NCBI GenBank assembly: GCA_903899705.1
Contig: CAIUKQ010000309.1
Span: 6,484-70,483, forward strand
Direction: 5' to 3'
DNA length: 64,000 bases
Origin: an uncultured beta proteobacterium
GTDB taxonomy: Bacteria > Pseudomonadota > Gammaproteobacteria > Burkholderiales > SG8-39
Shown: positions 18,309-27,683 of the stretch, piece by piece
Layout: every line of letters starts with the position of its first letter
How positions within the stretch are numbered: the first letter of the stretch is position 1
Notes under the pieces: generated by a model
The model's input: only the letters and a program-made list of their open reading frames with translations
The model's database searches: none
What the model was told of the DNA's origin: nothing
Made by a program: the position numbers and the translations under genes

Positions 18309-19848
18309 TTTCATCGGGGTCTTGCGGGATATTGCAGGTCATAGCGCGGACCGGCGATTCGCGGCGTTCCGGTTTTTGCTGCTGCTCGGTGCCGGGCTCG
18401 GCGCGACCGGCAGCGCTTTCGCCATCGGCATGGGAACCGAGGAGGCTCGCCACCTTCTGGTGAGAACGACCTTCGGGCTGACCATGCAGCGCGTGCGCGA
18501 TTTCTCCTTCCTCACGCACGAACAGGCCGTATCGCGCCTCCTCTCTGAAGGAAATCCGGCCGCATCGAAACCGCCGCCCGCATGGGTGGATGAGCCGGTA
18601 ACGCCATTCCGGACTTTCCGCAATGCCACCGCCGAAGAACGCCGAAGGTTGCAGGATCGGGACATCCGCCGCGGCCTTGAACTGCGCGCATGGTGGGTTG
18701 GGGAGATGCTTGATTCGCCGTCGCAATTGAATGAACGCATGACGCTTTTCTGGCACGGGCATTTCACGTCAAGCCAGCAGAAGGTCCGCATGGTTCAATT
18801 GATGTACCGACAGAATCAGCTCCTGCGGAAGCAGGCCACCGGCAATTTTGCGGAACTGCTCCATGCGGTGTCGAAAGATCCTGCGATGCTGGTTTACCTG
18901 GACTCAGCCAGCAACCGCCGCGGCAGGCCCAACGAAAATTTTGCGCGTGAGGTGATGGAGCTTTTCACACTCGGCGAGGGAAGCTACGGTGAGGCCGACA
19001 TCCGCGAGGCGGCGCGTGCGTTCACCGGATGGTCGATTGAACTGGATACGGGTGAATACCTGTGGCGCGCGCCGGCCCATGATGCCGGCGACAAGACCGT
19101 CCTCGGGAAGACCGGAAATTTCGATGGTGATGCGGTACTGGACATCCTCCTTGCACAGCCCCGCGCCGCCGAGTACATAGTTGAAAAGCTCTGGCGCGAA
19201 TTCATCTCGCAGCGCCCCGATGCGCGCGAGGTTCACCGCATCGCCGCCGCGTTCCGCACTTCTCGCTACGACATCAAGACTGCCTTGCGGGAACTGCTCG
19301 GATCGGGCGCTTTCTGGGCCATCGAAAATCGGGGCAACATGTTCAAATCGCCGGCCGATTTGGTGGTGGGGACGCTGCGCCAGTTCGAAATTCCCGTCGG
19401 CGACCCCACGCCGCTGGCGCTGCTGATGGGCGCTCTGGGACAAAACCTCTTTTCGCCGCCCAATGTGAAGGGCTGGCCGGGTGGCACGCGCTGGGTGAAC
19501 AGCACGACGTTGCTGACGCGCAAGCAATTTGTCGACCGCCTTTTCCGGACGGATGATTCGCCTTCGGAGCCGGACGCGGACCGGCGCAATCTTAATGATT
19601 TCGCGACTGCCAATGGCGTCGGTCGGCTGAATGTCGAAGAGCGCGAACGGTTGGCGAAATCCATAGCCGGAATGCGCTTCGACAGCGAGAAGTGGCTGGC
19701 GCACTTTCCGGTGACGCTCGCGGGTGACGGCGAAACGGTGCGCCGTATCGTCCTTGCCGGGGAGCCCGCTGGCGGCCTTCCCGCCATGATGGCCAACCGC
19801 GAACTGGTCCGCCTGCTCGCCCTTGATCCGGTGTTTCAGCTCAAATGA
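18289..19848 (+). CDS. DUF1800-family protein, likely exported
   Basis: ARHLLVRTTFG, ERMTLFWHGHF, PAMLVYLD, PNENFAREVMELFTLG, HDAGDKTVLG, GQNLFSPPNVKGW; signal-like FLLLLGAGLGATGSAFA. Start uncertain. Confidence 0.88.
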   Translation: MAARATSFIGVLRDIAGHSADRRFAAFRFLLLLGAGLGATGSAFAIGMGTEEARHLLVRTTFGLTMQRVRDFSFLTHEQAVSRLLSEGNPAASKPPPAWVDEPVTPFRTFRNATAEERRRLQDRDIRRGLELRAWWVGEMLDSPSQLNERMTLFWHGHFTSSQQKVRMVQLMYRQNQLLRKQATGNFAELLHAVSKDPAMLVYLDSASNRRGRPNENFAREVMELFTLGEGSYGEADIREAARAFTGWSIELDTGEYLWRAPAHDAGDKTVLGKTGNFDGDAVLDILLAQPRAAEYIVEKLWREFISQRPDAREVHRIAAAFRTSRYDIKTALRELLGSGAFWAIENRGNMFKSPADLVVGTLRQFEIPVGDPTPLALLMGALGQNLFSPPNVKGWPGGTRWVNSTTLLTRKQFVDRLFRTDDSPSEPDADRRNLNDFATANGVGRLNVEERERLAKSIAGMRFDSEKWLAHFPVTLAGDGETVRRIVLAGEPAGGLPAMMANRELVRLLALDPVFQLK

Positions 19849-21008
19849 ACATCTCCATCGGCAGGCGGCAATTCCTTGGAGCAGTGGGCGCGGGATTGTT
19901 GAGCGGCGGGTTGCCGGAATTTGTTTTTGCGGCCCCCGGTGCCGATTACGGCAGGCTGCTGGTGCTCGTGGAATTGAAGGGCGGCAACGACGGCCTGAAT
20001 ACCGTCGTCCCCTACGCCGATGCCGCCTACGCTCGCCTGCGCCCACGCATCGGTATTTCCCGAGACGAAGTGCTCAAGCTCGACGAGAAGGCGGCACTGC
20101 ATCCTTCGCTCGAATCGCTGATGGCTTTGTGGCAGGCGAAAGAGTTGGCCATTGTTCAGGGCCTGGGTTACGAAGATCCCAATTTTTCGCACTTTCGCTC
20201 GATCGAGATCTGGGACACGGGCTCGGCAAGCAACCAGACGCTGGGGGAGGGCTGGCTTGCTCGCGCGTTTTCCGCCGTACCGGTCCCCGTCGGATTTGCC
20301 GCGGAGGGCGCAGTCATCGGCGGGCTGGAAAACGGTCCGCTGGCGGGTTCGCGCTGTGTCGCACTGGCCAATCCCGATCAGTTCCTGCGCCGCGCCAGGC
20401 TTGCGACACCGATGCGCGCCTCCGGTTCGGCTGCGCTCCAGCACGTGCTTAAGGTTGAGTCCGACATTGCTCAGGCGGCCGTCAGGCTGGCCGGCAGCGC
20501 CGCTCCATTGCAGGGTTTTCCACCGGGTGATCTGGGCAATTCGCTGCGCATTGCGGCTCAGGTGCTTGCAGGTGGGGCAAGGGTGGCGGCCATCAAGGTA
20601 TCGCTGAATGGTTTTGACAACCACCAGAACCAGCCGGGTGTGCATGCCAATCTGCTTCGTCAATTCGCGGAATCGATCGCGGCATTCCGGTCGTGTCTGC
20701 AGGGGCTGGGCCAGTGGAACAACACGCTGGTGATGACCTATGCAGAATTCGGCCGCAGGCCTGCGGAAAACGGATCGATGGGCACGGACCATGGCACCTC
20801 CAACGTGCACTTTGTGACCGGCGGTCGTGTGAAGGGCGGACTTTATGGCGAGGGACCGCGCCTGGATCAGTTGGAAAACGAAAACCTCCGACACGTGCTG
20901 GATTTCCGCAGCCTGTATGCCACGGCGCTCGGGCCATGGTGGGGCATGGATTCCGGGCGCGCATTGGGCGGCAGGTTCGAGCCGGTTCCCCTGTTCAGAG
21001 CGGTTTGA
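19845..21008 (+). CDS. DUF1501-family protein with Tat signal
   Basis: GRRQFL twin-arginine signal, LVELKGGNDGLN, PNFSHFRS, GFDNH, EFGRR..NG..GTDHG, DFRSLYAT; ATGA overlap with DUF1800. Confidence 0.9.
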   Translation: MNISIGRRQFLGAVGAGLLSGGLPEFVFAAPGADYGRLLVLVELKGGNDGLNTVVPYADAAYARLRPRIGISRDEVLKLDEKAALHPSLESLMALWQAKELAIVQGLGYEDPNFSHFRSIEIWDTGSASNQTLGEGWLARAFSAVPVPVGFAAEGAVIGGLENGPLAGSRCVALANPDQFLRRARLATPMRASGSAALQHVLKVESDIAQAAVRLAGSAAPLQGFPPGDLGNSLRIAAQVLAGGARVAAIKVSLNGFDNHQNQPGVHANLLRQFAESIAAFRSCLQGLGQWNNTLVMTYAEFGRRPAENGSMGTDHGTSNVHFVTGGRVKGGLYGEGPRLDQLENENLRHVLDFRSLYATALGPWWGMDSGRALGGRFEPVPLFRAV

Positions 21009-21070
21009 ATTGCCTCTGAGAATTTTTCATAAGTATTTGATTAAATTATGTTATTTATGCTATCGGCGGG

Positions 21071-22285
21071 TCAGTAGGCGCCCGTTGCCCGAAGCGCGTT
21101 CTTCTGCTCCAGCAAGGGGCTGCAATCCAGACTCATGCTGCTGCGTTTGATCGGCCGGCCTTCGGCGAAAGCCAGCGCTTCGCGCGTCCAGATGCGGCGC
21201 ATGAAACCAAGGTGACGGTCAGACAACCCCAGGCGTTCCAGATCGCGATCGGTATTGGCGCCTTGTCCCGCCTGCGCCACCTGGTCCTGCACCGTGGCGA
21301 GGTAGGGGTGGTCCAGCACGTCGTTGATGGTCATGCGGCCGGCCATGATTTCGGCGGTGTAGTGCACTTCCAGTTTCCATTTCTTCGCCCATTCGTCACG
21401 CAGCTTCTGCATTTCCTCACGATAGCGATCGGCAGCCGATCCGGTGACGCGGACAAGCTGCGTCCGCGTGAAGATGTGGGTCTCGTCGTCGACGGGAACA
21501 TGCATTAGGTAGGTATCGCGGAACCGCGGGCAGATGTTCGCGCGCGCAATGCCATTGACCACCGGGATCAGCAGGCGCACGGCATTGGGCATCAACCCCA
21601 GCATCGCGGTGCGCATGAGTTCGTTGCCAAAGTTCCAGCGGTGCAGCGTACCGTATTCGGTTTCTTCGGGGGGCGGCTGGATGGACATGTCCAGTGACAT
21701 GAAATCTTCATGGGTAATGCCGTGGCTGTGCGACCACAGGATGTGGCAGGGGTCGAAATTGTTCTCGTGTGTCTGGAAGTAATTGCAGGGGTAGAGTGTG
21801 GATCGGGTTTCGACGATGCCCTCATCCTCGAACGCAGGGAAAGGCGGGAAGGCAGGTGGTTCCCCTTCGCCGAAATACGCGAAGATCAGGCCCACATGCT
21901 CGCGCGTCGGATAAGCCTTGATGTCGTCGTGGGTGCCCGGCGGGGTCTTTTCGGCCGGACGTTCCACGCACTTGCCCTCACCGTTGAATTTCCAGCCGTG
22001 GTACAGGCAGCGGATGTCGTCACCTTCGACCCACCCGGTGTTGAGCAGCGTGGCGCGATGCGTGCAGCGTTGCGCCACGACGTGCGCGGTGCCGGTCTGG
22101 CCCCGGTAGAGCGTGAAATCCTCGCTCATGATGCGGATGGGCTTGGCCCGGCCGGCGGGCAACTGATCGGAATTGCAGACCGGCTGCCAGAACTGGCGCA
22201 TATAGCGGCCTGCGACCGTACCCGGACCGGTGCGGCCGAACTCAACTCTGGTTTGATGTTGCGAAACGGGATGCACTGCCGCCAT
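21071..22285 (-). CDS. Rieske non-heme iron oxygenase alpha subunit (phthalate dioxygenase/LigX-like)
   Basis: TGPGT.AGRYMRQFWQP, CTH-x16-CLYHGW Rieske motif, ENNFDPCH..W.H and QD iron ligands, ERLGLSD. Confidence 0.88.
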   Translation of the reverse strand: MAAVHPVSQHQTRVEFGRTGPGTVAGRYMRQFWQPVCNSDQLPAGRAKPIRIMSEDFTLYRGQTGTAHVVAQRCTHRATLLNTGWVEGDDIRCLYHGWKFNGEGKCVERPAEKTPPGTHDDIKAYPTREHVGLIFAYFGEGEPPAFPPFPAFEDEGIVETRSTLYPCNYFQTHENNFDPCHILWSHSHGITHEDFMSLDMSIQPPPEETEYGTLHRWNFGNELMRTAMLGLMPNAVRLLIPVVNGIARANICPRFRDTYLMHVPVDDETHIFTRTQLVRVTGSAADRYREEMQKLRDEWAKKWKLEVHYTAEIMAGRMTINDVLDHPYLATVQDQVAQAGQGANTDRDLERLGLSDRHLGFMRRIWTREALAFAEGRPIKRSSMSLDCSPLLEQKNALRATGAY

Positions 22286-22397
22286 GAAAACCCCTGCAAT
22301 CAATTGGACCGGGCAATGATAAATCAATGTCCTGGATTCAGTGGATTGCCGAGAGGGTGTTTGCGCAGTTATCCAGGCTGAGTCACAAGCAGGTCCG

Positions 22398-23138
22398 TCA
22401 GTAAAACAAACCGTCGTACAGCAGCTTCGCCCCGGTGCAGAAAAGCAGGATGTAGGCGAGACGGAAAAACCACAACGTGCTCAGTTTTCGCTGTATCCAT
22501 ATTCCCAGCACGATTCCAACAGGGACAACCGGCATGAGAGCCGCCGCGGTCGTCAGATTGGTGCGGTCGAACAGGCCCAGTGTGAAGTAGGGGATGATTT
22601 TAAGAGCGTTCACGACCGCGAAGAAAATCACGGTGGTTCCCACATGCACCGGCTTGGGCAGGCGCAGCGGCAGAAGATAAACGTACAGGGGAGGGCCTCC
22701 GGAATGAGCGACAAAACTGGTGACGCCGGAAATGGTTCCCCAAAAAAAGCCCTTTCTAATCCGTGGTGTCGGATCAGGCGGAAGTTTGTTGAGCCAGCTC
22801 TGCATGACGAATCCCAACGCGATAAGACCCAGGATCACGCGCAGCGAATGTTCATCGAGATAGCTGAAGGTTGCCCAACCGATGAGTGTGCCCAACACGC
22901 CCGCCGGCATGATGATGCGCAGGTGCTCGCGGCTCCATTCCTTGCGGTAGAGATAGACGCTGACGACGTCCATGACCAGCAGAATGGGCAGCATGACCGC
23001 GGCGGCCTGTATGGGTGAGATCGCCAGTGCGAGTATGGGAACTGCAATGCCGCCTGCAATCCCCAGCCCGGCTTTTGAAATGCCGGTGAGGATGACCGCA
23101 GGAATCGCCACCGCGTAAAACCACGGGTTTTCAATCAT
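22398..23138 (-). CDS. TauE/SafE (TSUP) family membrane exporter
   Basis: GISKAGLG, QAAAVMLPILL.MD, SGVTSFVAHSGGPP, N..KIIPY; about 8 TM segments. Confidence 0.88.
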   Translation of the reverse strand: MIENPWFYAVAIPAVILTGISKAGLGIAGGIAVPILALAISPIQAAAVMLPILLVMDVVSVYLYRKEWSREHLRIIMPAGVLGTLIGWATFSYLDEHSLRVILGLIALGFVMQSWLNKLPPDPTPRIRKGFFWGTISGVTSFVAHSGGPPLYVYLLPLRLPKPVHVGTTVIFFAVVNALKIIPYFTLGLFDRTNLTTAAALMPVVPVGIVLGIWIQRKLSTLWFFRLAYILLFCTGAKLLYDGLFY

Positions 23139-23152
23139 TTAGAGTCGCCTAG

Positions 23153-24208
23153 CTAGATGGCGGCTGTAATGGCCCTGCCCATTTCCTGGGTGGAGGCGGT
23201 GCCGCCGATGTCGCGGGTGCGAGGGCCGCTGGTGAGCACGGTCTCGATGGCCCGCACCACGGCATCTGCGGCCGGCTTGTAACCCAGGTGCTCGAGCATC
23301 ATCGCCCCGGACCAGATCTGCCCGACCGGGTTGGCAATGTTCTTTCCGGCAATGTCCGGCGCGGAGCCATGCACCGGCTCGAACAGCGACGGCGTTTCAC
23401 GGGAGGGGTTGATGTTTCCCGAAGGCGCAATGCCGATGGTGCCGGTGACGGCGGGACCCAGATCGGAAAGGATGTCGCCGAAAAGGTTGGAACCCACCAC
23501 CACATCGAACCAGTCGGGATGCTGCACGAAATGCGCGGTGAGGATGTCGATGTGGTACTGGTCGACCCGCACATCGGGATACTCTTTCGCCATGGCCGCG
23601 ACCCGCTCGTCCCAGTAGGGCATGGTGATGGCGATGCCATTGGACTTGGTTGCGGAGGTGAGGTGCTTTTTCGGCCGGCTCTGCGCAAGCTCGAACGCCC
23701 AGCGCAGGATGCGGTCGGTGCCATGGCGCGTGAAGATGGATTCCTGGAACACCACTTCCCGCGCGGTGCCCTCGAAGCTGCGCCCGCCCACCGCCGAATA
23801 TTCGCCTTCGGTATTTTCACGCACCACCCAGAAATCGATATCGCCGGCCTTGCGGTTGCGAACCGGTGCCTCGATTCCGGGCATCAGCCTCACCGGGCGC
23901 AGATTGACGTAAAGGTCAAACGCGCGGCGCATCGGGATCAGCATTTCCCAAAGCGAAACGTGGTCGGGCACGCCGGGAAATCCGCAGGCACCGAAATAAA
24001 TCGCCTCGAATCCGCGAAGGGTGTCCAGCGCATCCTCCGGCATCATGCGGCCGTGCTTTGTGCGGTACTCGCAGCTCCATGGGAATTCGCTCCATGCGAA
24101 CTCGATTCCGAATTTCTGGCCGGCCGCCTCCATGGCGCGCAGGCCTTCCGGCATGACTTCCCGTCCGATGCCGTCGCCGGCGATGACTGCTATGCGATGC
24201 TTGGCCAT
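23153..24208 (-). CDS. Tartrate dehydrogenase / D-malate dehydrogenase (decarboxylating)
   Basis: IAVIAGDGIG, VPDHVSLW, VRENTEGEYS, TSATKSNGI..TMPYWDE, QYHIDIL, FEPVHGSAPDI (TtuC/DmlA type). Confidence 0.9.
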   Translation of the reverse strand: MAKHRIAVIAGDGIGREVMPEGLRAMEAAGQKFGIEFAWSEFPWSCEYRTKHGRMMPEDALDTLRGFEAIYFGACGFPGVPDHVSLWEMLIPMRRAFDLYVNLRPVRLMPGIEAPVRNRKAGDIDFWVVRENTEGEYSAVGGRSFEGTAREVVFQESIFTRHGTDRILRWAFELAQSRPKKHLTSATKSNGIAITMPYWDERVAAMAKEYPDVRVDQYHIDILTAHFVQHPDWFDVVVGSNLFGDILSDLGPAVTGTIGIAPSGNINPSRETPSLFEPVHGSAPDIAGKNIANPVGQIWSGAMMLEHLGYKPAADAVVRAIETVLTSGPRTRDIGGTASTQEMGRAITAAI

Positions 24209-24372
24209 AAGAAATCCTGTGAATGCAATGTGAGCGAAAAACGAGAGTGAAAACCGAGATTGAAAAACGCGCCATCATGATGACGGGGGCAGGTCGCGTC
24301 AAGCCGGATAAAAATCGGCGGGGCGCACTGAACAGATAGAATCGGCGGGTTGCCGCAAAAAGAAACAGCATC

Positions 24373-25737
24373 TTGATCTCCACCGGAAATCCCCCCCGTC
24401 AAATGGCCCTGGGCCTGGTCATCAACTGGGCCGGAGGGCATGTGGCGTCCTGGAAGCACCCCACCGTCCCGTCGGGTGCTGCGATGAACTTCGACTATTA
24501 CCGCGGGATTGCGGCGACGGCGGAGCGCGCCTGCTTTGATCTGTTGTTTCTGGCCGACCACCTGTCGGTCGGCGAGGCAGGCGCCACAGCGGAGCGTCTG
24601 CAGAAATCCGGCGAAGTGGTTTTTTTCGAACCGATGATCCTGCTTGCCGGGCTTGCTGCCATCACCCGGCATATCGGCCTCACGGCGACGGTCTCGACAA
24701 CCTATAACGAGCCCTACAACGTCGCGCGTGTGTTTGCCTCACTCGATCACCTGAGCAACGGACGCGCCGGCTGGAATGTCGTCACCACCGGCCGCGAGGC
24801 GGCAGCGCCCAACTACGGCCAGGAAAAACACATGCAGCACGCGGACCGCTACCACCGCGCGCATGAGTTCCTCGATGTGGTCAAGGCCCTTTGGGACAGC
24901 TGGGATGACGATGCCTTCCTGCAGGACAAGGCGCGCGGCATCTTCTTCGACAAGGCGAAGATGCATTTTCAGAATCATGCGGGCGAGCACTTTTCCGTCA
25001 AAGGGCCTCTCAATGTGGCGCGTCCGCCGCAGGGACATCCGCTGATCATCCAGGCCGGATCATCGGATGCAGGGCAGGATCTGGCGGCGGCCACCGCCGA
25101 CGTTGTATTTACCGGGCAGTTGACGCTCGAGGGCGGGCAACGCTTTTACCGGGGGCTGAAGGCGCGCATGGTGAAGCTCGGCCGCGCGCCGGATTCACTC
25201 AGGGTGATGCCGGGACTTGTGCCCATCGTGGGACGCACCCATGCCGAGGCGCGGGAAAAATTCGATGCGATTCAGAATCTCATGGACGGCGATGAGGCGC
25301 TGATGTTCCTGTCTCAGATGCTGGGTGGAGCGGACCTGTCCGGCATTCCTCCGGATGTCCCGGGGCCGGACCTGCCGATGATCGAGAATCGCGGATCCAG
25401 CGGCCCGAAATTGCTTCAGGAAAAGGCAAAACGGGAGAACCTCACCCTGCGACAGCTGGCTTACGAAGTGGCGGGCGCCCGCCGCCATCGCCTTGTGATC
25501 GGCTCTGCGACCGAGGTGGCCGATCAACTCGAGCTATGGTTCAAAAACGAAGCGGCGGACGGGTTCAATATTTTTCCGGCATGGATGCCCGGTGGCGTCG
25601 AGGATTTCGCGGAACTGGTGATACCGGAATTGCAGCGCCGGGGGCTGTATCGAACCCGATACGAAGGCGGTACTCTCCGCGAGAACCTGGGACTCGAGCG
25701 TCCGGCGAACCGCTACTCCTCGCGAAATGCGGACTGA
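24373..25737 (+). CDS. LLM-class FMNH2-dependent monooxygenase, NtaA/DszA/SnaA family
   Basis: AER..FD.LFLAD, STTYNEPYNVAR.FASLDHLS.GRAGWNVVT, WDSW.DDA, PQGHP..IQAGSS, Y.G.TLRENLGL; start TTG 24373 or ATG 24403. Confidence 0.92.
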   Translation: MISTGNPPRQMALGLVINWAGGHVASWKHPTVPSGAAMNFDYYRGIAATAERACFDLLFLADHLSVGEAGATAERLQKSGEVVFFEPMILLAGLAAITRHIGLTATVSTTYNEPYNVARVFASLDHLSNGRAGWNVVTTGREAAAPNYGQEKHMQHADRYHRAHEFLDVVKALWDSWDDDAFLQDKARGIFFDKAKMHFQNHAGEHFSVKGPLNVARPPQGHPLIIQAGSSDAGQDLAAATADVVFTGQLTLEGGQRFYRGLKARMVKLGRAPDSLRVMPGLVPIVGRTHAEAREKFDAIQNLMDGDEALMFLSQMLGGADLSGIPPDVPGPDLPMIENRGSSGPKLLQEKAKRENLTLRQLAYEVAGARRHRLVIGSATEVADQLELWFKNEAADGFNIFPAWMPGGVEDFAELVIPELQRRGLYRTRYEGGTLRENLGLERPANRYSSRNAD

Positions 25738-26426
25738 TGAATCTCATCGCCATTGAAACGTCCACGTCGTATTGCTCGCTGGCAGTGTGCAGAGGGGCGC
25801 AGGTCGTTTCACGCCATGTCCTGGCAGAGCAGCGCCACGCAGAGATATTGCTCGATGAATTGGAGGGCCTGCTTCAGGTCGCGGGACTGACGCTGGCCGA
25901 AATCAATGGCATCGCCTTCGGAGAAGGCCCCGGCGCGTTCACAGGCCTGCGAATCGCATGCGGCGTGACGCAGGGGCTGGCCCTTGCGCGGAATATTCCA
26001 GTGATTGGAATCAGCACGCTGCTGTCGGTTGCGGAGGAATCGGGCGAATCCCGCGTCATCGCATGCATTGATGCCCGCATGAACGAGGTATATCACGCGG
26101 CGTATCGCAGGGAAGCCGGGCAATGGTTCGAGGAATGCGCTCCCGGCCTGTGCTCTCCCGCCGCCTTGCCAGCGCCCGAGGGAGACGATTGGATCGGCTG
26201 CGGTTCCGGCTTCAATGTCCATGACGAGATTCTGCGTGCGCGCCTGGGGCCGCAGATGGCAGGTACGAGTCCCGGAGTTTCGCCCACCGCAGCCGCGATT
26301 CTGGCCCTTGCCCGCCCGCGTTTCGAGCGGGGCGAAGGCAAGCCCGCGGCCATGGCGCTGCCGATATACTTGCGGGACAAGGTCGCGTTGAAAACCAGCG
26401 AAAGACAGAAGGTGGAAAAACCGTGA
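25737..26426 (+). CDS. tsaB: tRNA t6A biosynthesis protein
   Basis: MNLIAIETST..CSLA, GPGAFTGLRI, DARMNEVY, P.YLRDKVA; tsaB-rimI-udg context. Confidence 0.95.
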   Translation: MNLIAIETSTSYCSLAVCRGAQVVSRHVLAEQRHAEILLDELEGLLQVAGLTLAEINGIAFGEGPGAFTGLRIACGVTQGLALARNIPVIGISTLLSVAEESGESRVIACIDARMNEVYHAAYRREAGQWFEECAPGLCSPAALPAPEGDDWIGCGSGFNVHDEILRARLGPQMAGTSPGVSPTAAAILALARPRFERGEGKPAAMALPIYLRDKVALKTSERQKVEKP

Positions 26427-26884
26427 GCGCCGTTCCGCAACCCGAGACCAACTATCAACCGATGCGGGAAAAGGATCTCGCCGAGGTGATGGCAATCGAG
26501 GAAGCGATTTACGAGTTTCCATGGACGCTGGGGAATTTTCGCGATTCCCTGCGCGCGGGCTACATGTGCTGGTTGTGCCGCGAAGGCCCGGAGTTGCTCG
26601 GGTATTCAGTACTGATGAATGCGGCCGGCGAGGTGCACCTGCTCAACCTGAGCATCGCCGGAAACCACCAGGGTCGTGGCCATGGCAGGCGCATGCTTTT
26701 GTTCCTGGTCGACAACGCGCGCATCGCGAAGGCGGAAAAAATAATACTGGAAGTCAGGCCCACCAATTCGGGTGCACAGAACCTCTACCATGATTTCGGA
26801 TTCAGGAAGGTCGGCGTGCGGCGCAACTACTACCCGGCCGCCCATGGCCGAGAAGACGCCACCGTCATGGCGCTCGAATTGTGA
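26423..26884 (+). CDS. rimI: Ribosomal protein S18 alanine N-acetyltransferase
   Basis: FPWT.GNF.DS, HLLNL, QGRG.G, LEVRPTN, G.RRNYYP..REDA.VM. Confidence 0.93.
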   Translation: MSAVPQPETNYQPMREKDLAEVMAIEEAIYEFPWTLGNFRDSLRAGYMCWLCREGPELLGYSVLMNAAGEVHLLNLSIAGNHQGRGHGRRMLLFLVDNARIAKAEKIILEVRPTNSGAQNLYHDFGFRKVGVRRNYYPAAHGREDATVMALEL

Positions 26885-27603
26885 ACGATCGCCTTGAAAT
26901 TCTCGGTGAAATGGGGCTGGCGCCGGTCTGGCGCCTAAGGCCGCGCGAGGCATCTTCTGCACCCAAAGGCGCTGCAGCGAGCGAACGGACTTTGGAGAGC
27001 GCCATGCCGGCGACCGGCGAACGCGCCAAGCGGATTGCCCGGATGACGCTCGACCAGCTCAAGTTGGAAGTCCGAAATTGCACGGCCTGCGGACTGTGCA
27101 AGACGCGCAACCAGACGGTCTTTGGCGTCGGCAATGAAACCGCCGACTGGATGATCGTGGGCGAGGCGCCGGGCGCCGAGGAGGATTCGCGAGGCGAACC
27201 CTTTGTGGGGCAGGCCGGAAAGCTCCTCGACAACATGCTCGCGGCCCTCAAGCTCTCCCGAGACAAAAACGTCTACATCGCGAATGTTCTCAAATGCCGC
27301 CCCCCGGGCAATCGCAATCCCGAGCCCGAAGAGGTTGCGCAATGCGCGCCGCTGCTGGAACGCCAGATCCAGCTGGTGCAGCCCAAACTGATCATTGCCA
27401 TGGGCCGGTTCGCGGCGCAGACGCTGCTGAATTCCGACGCGACCATCGCGAGCATGCGAGGAAAGCTTTATCGATACCAGGGTGTCCCGACCATTGTCAG
27501 TTACCACCCGGCGTATCTGTTGCGCAATCTGCAGGACAAGGCCAAGGCCTGGGAAGACCTGTGTTTTGCAAAGGCCACCATGGCCGCGGACAAACCGGAT
27601 TGA
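26881..27603 (+). CDS. Uracil-DNA glycosylase, family 4 (Fe-S)
   Basis: CTACGL, VGEAPG.EED, GEPFVG.AG, KCRPP.NR, YHPAYLLR. Confidence 0.93.
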   Translation: MNDRLEILGEMGLAPVWRLRPREASSAPKGAAASERTLESAMPATGERAKRIARMTLDQLKLEVRNCTACGLCKTRNQTVFGVGNETADWMIVGEAPGAEEDSRGEPFVGQAGKLLDNMLAALKLSRDKNVYIANVLKCRPPGNRNPEPEEVAQCAPLLERQIQLVQPKLIIAMGRFAAQTLLNSDATIASMRGKLYRYQGVPTIVSYHPAYLLRNLQDKAKAWEDLCFAKATMAADKPD

Positions 27604-27683
27604 TGCCGCCGCGAATCAGCCTTGTAATATCCGTTTAACAGCCCCATATTTGGGCATAACTTGTCTCAACGGGAGAGAAGCAC

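Noticed and set aside
17863..18762. 300-aa N-terminal extension of OmpR in track ORF 17128..18762
   Set aside because: It overlaps two plus-strand genes with clear motifs and has no recognisable domain; OmpR begins at MSEQK
21029..21056. Possible dif site (TTATGTTATTT resembles the XerD arm)
   Set aside because: No XerC-like arm at the required 6-bp spacing; the nearest CATAA is 13 bp away
26881..27603. Phage SPO1 polymerase-related gene as a prophage remnant
   Set aside because: It is a standard family-4 UDG in its usual tsaB-rimI context, with no phage genes nearby
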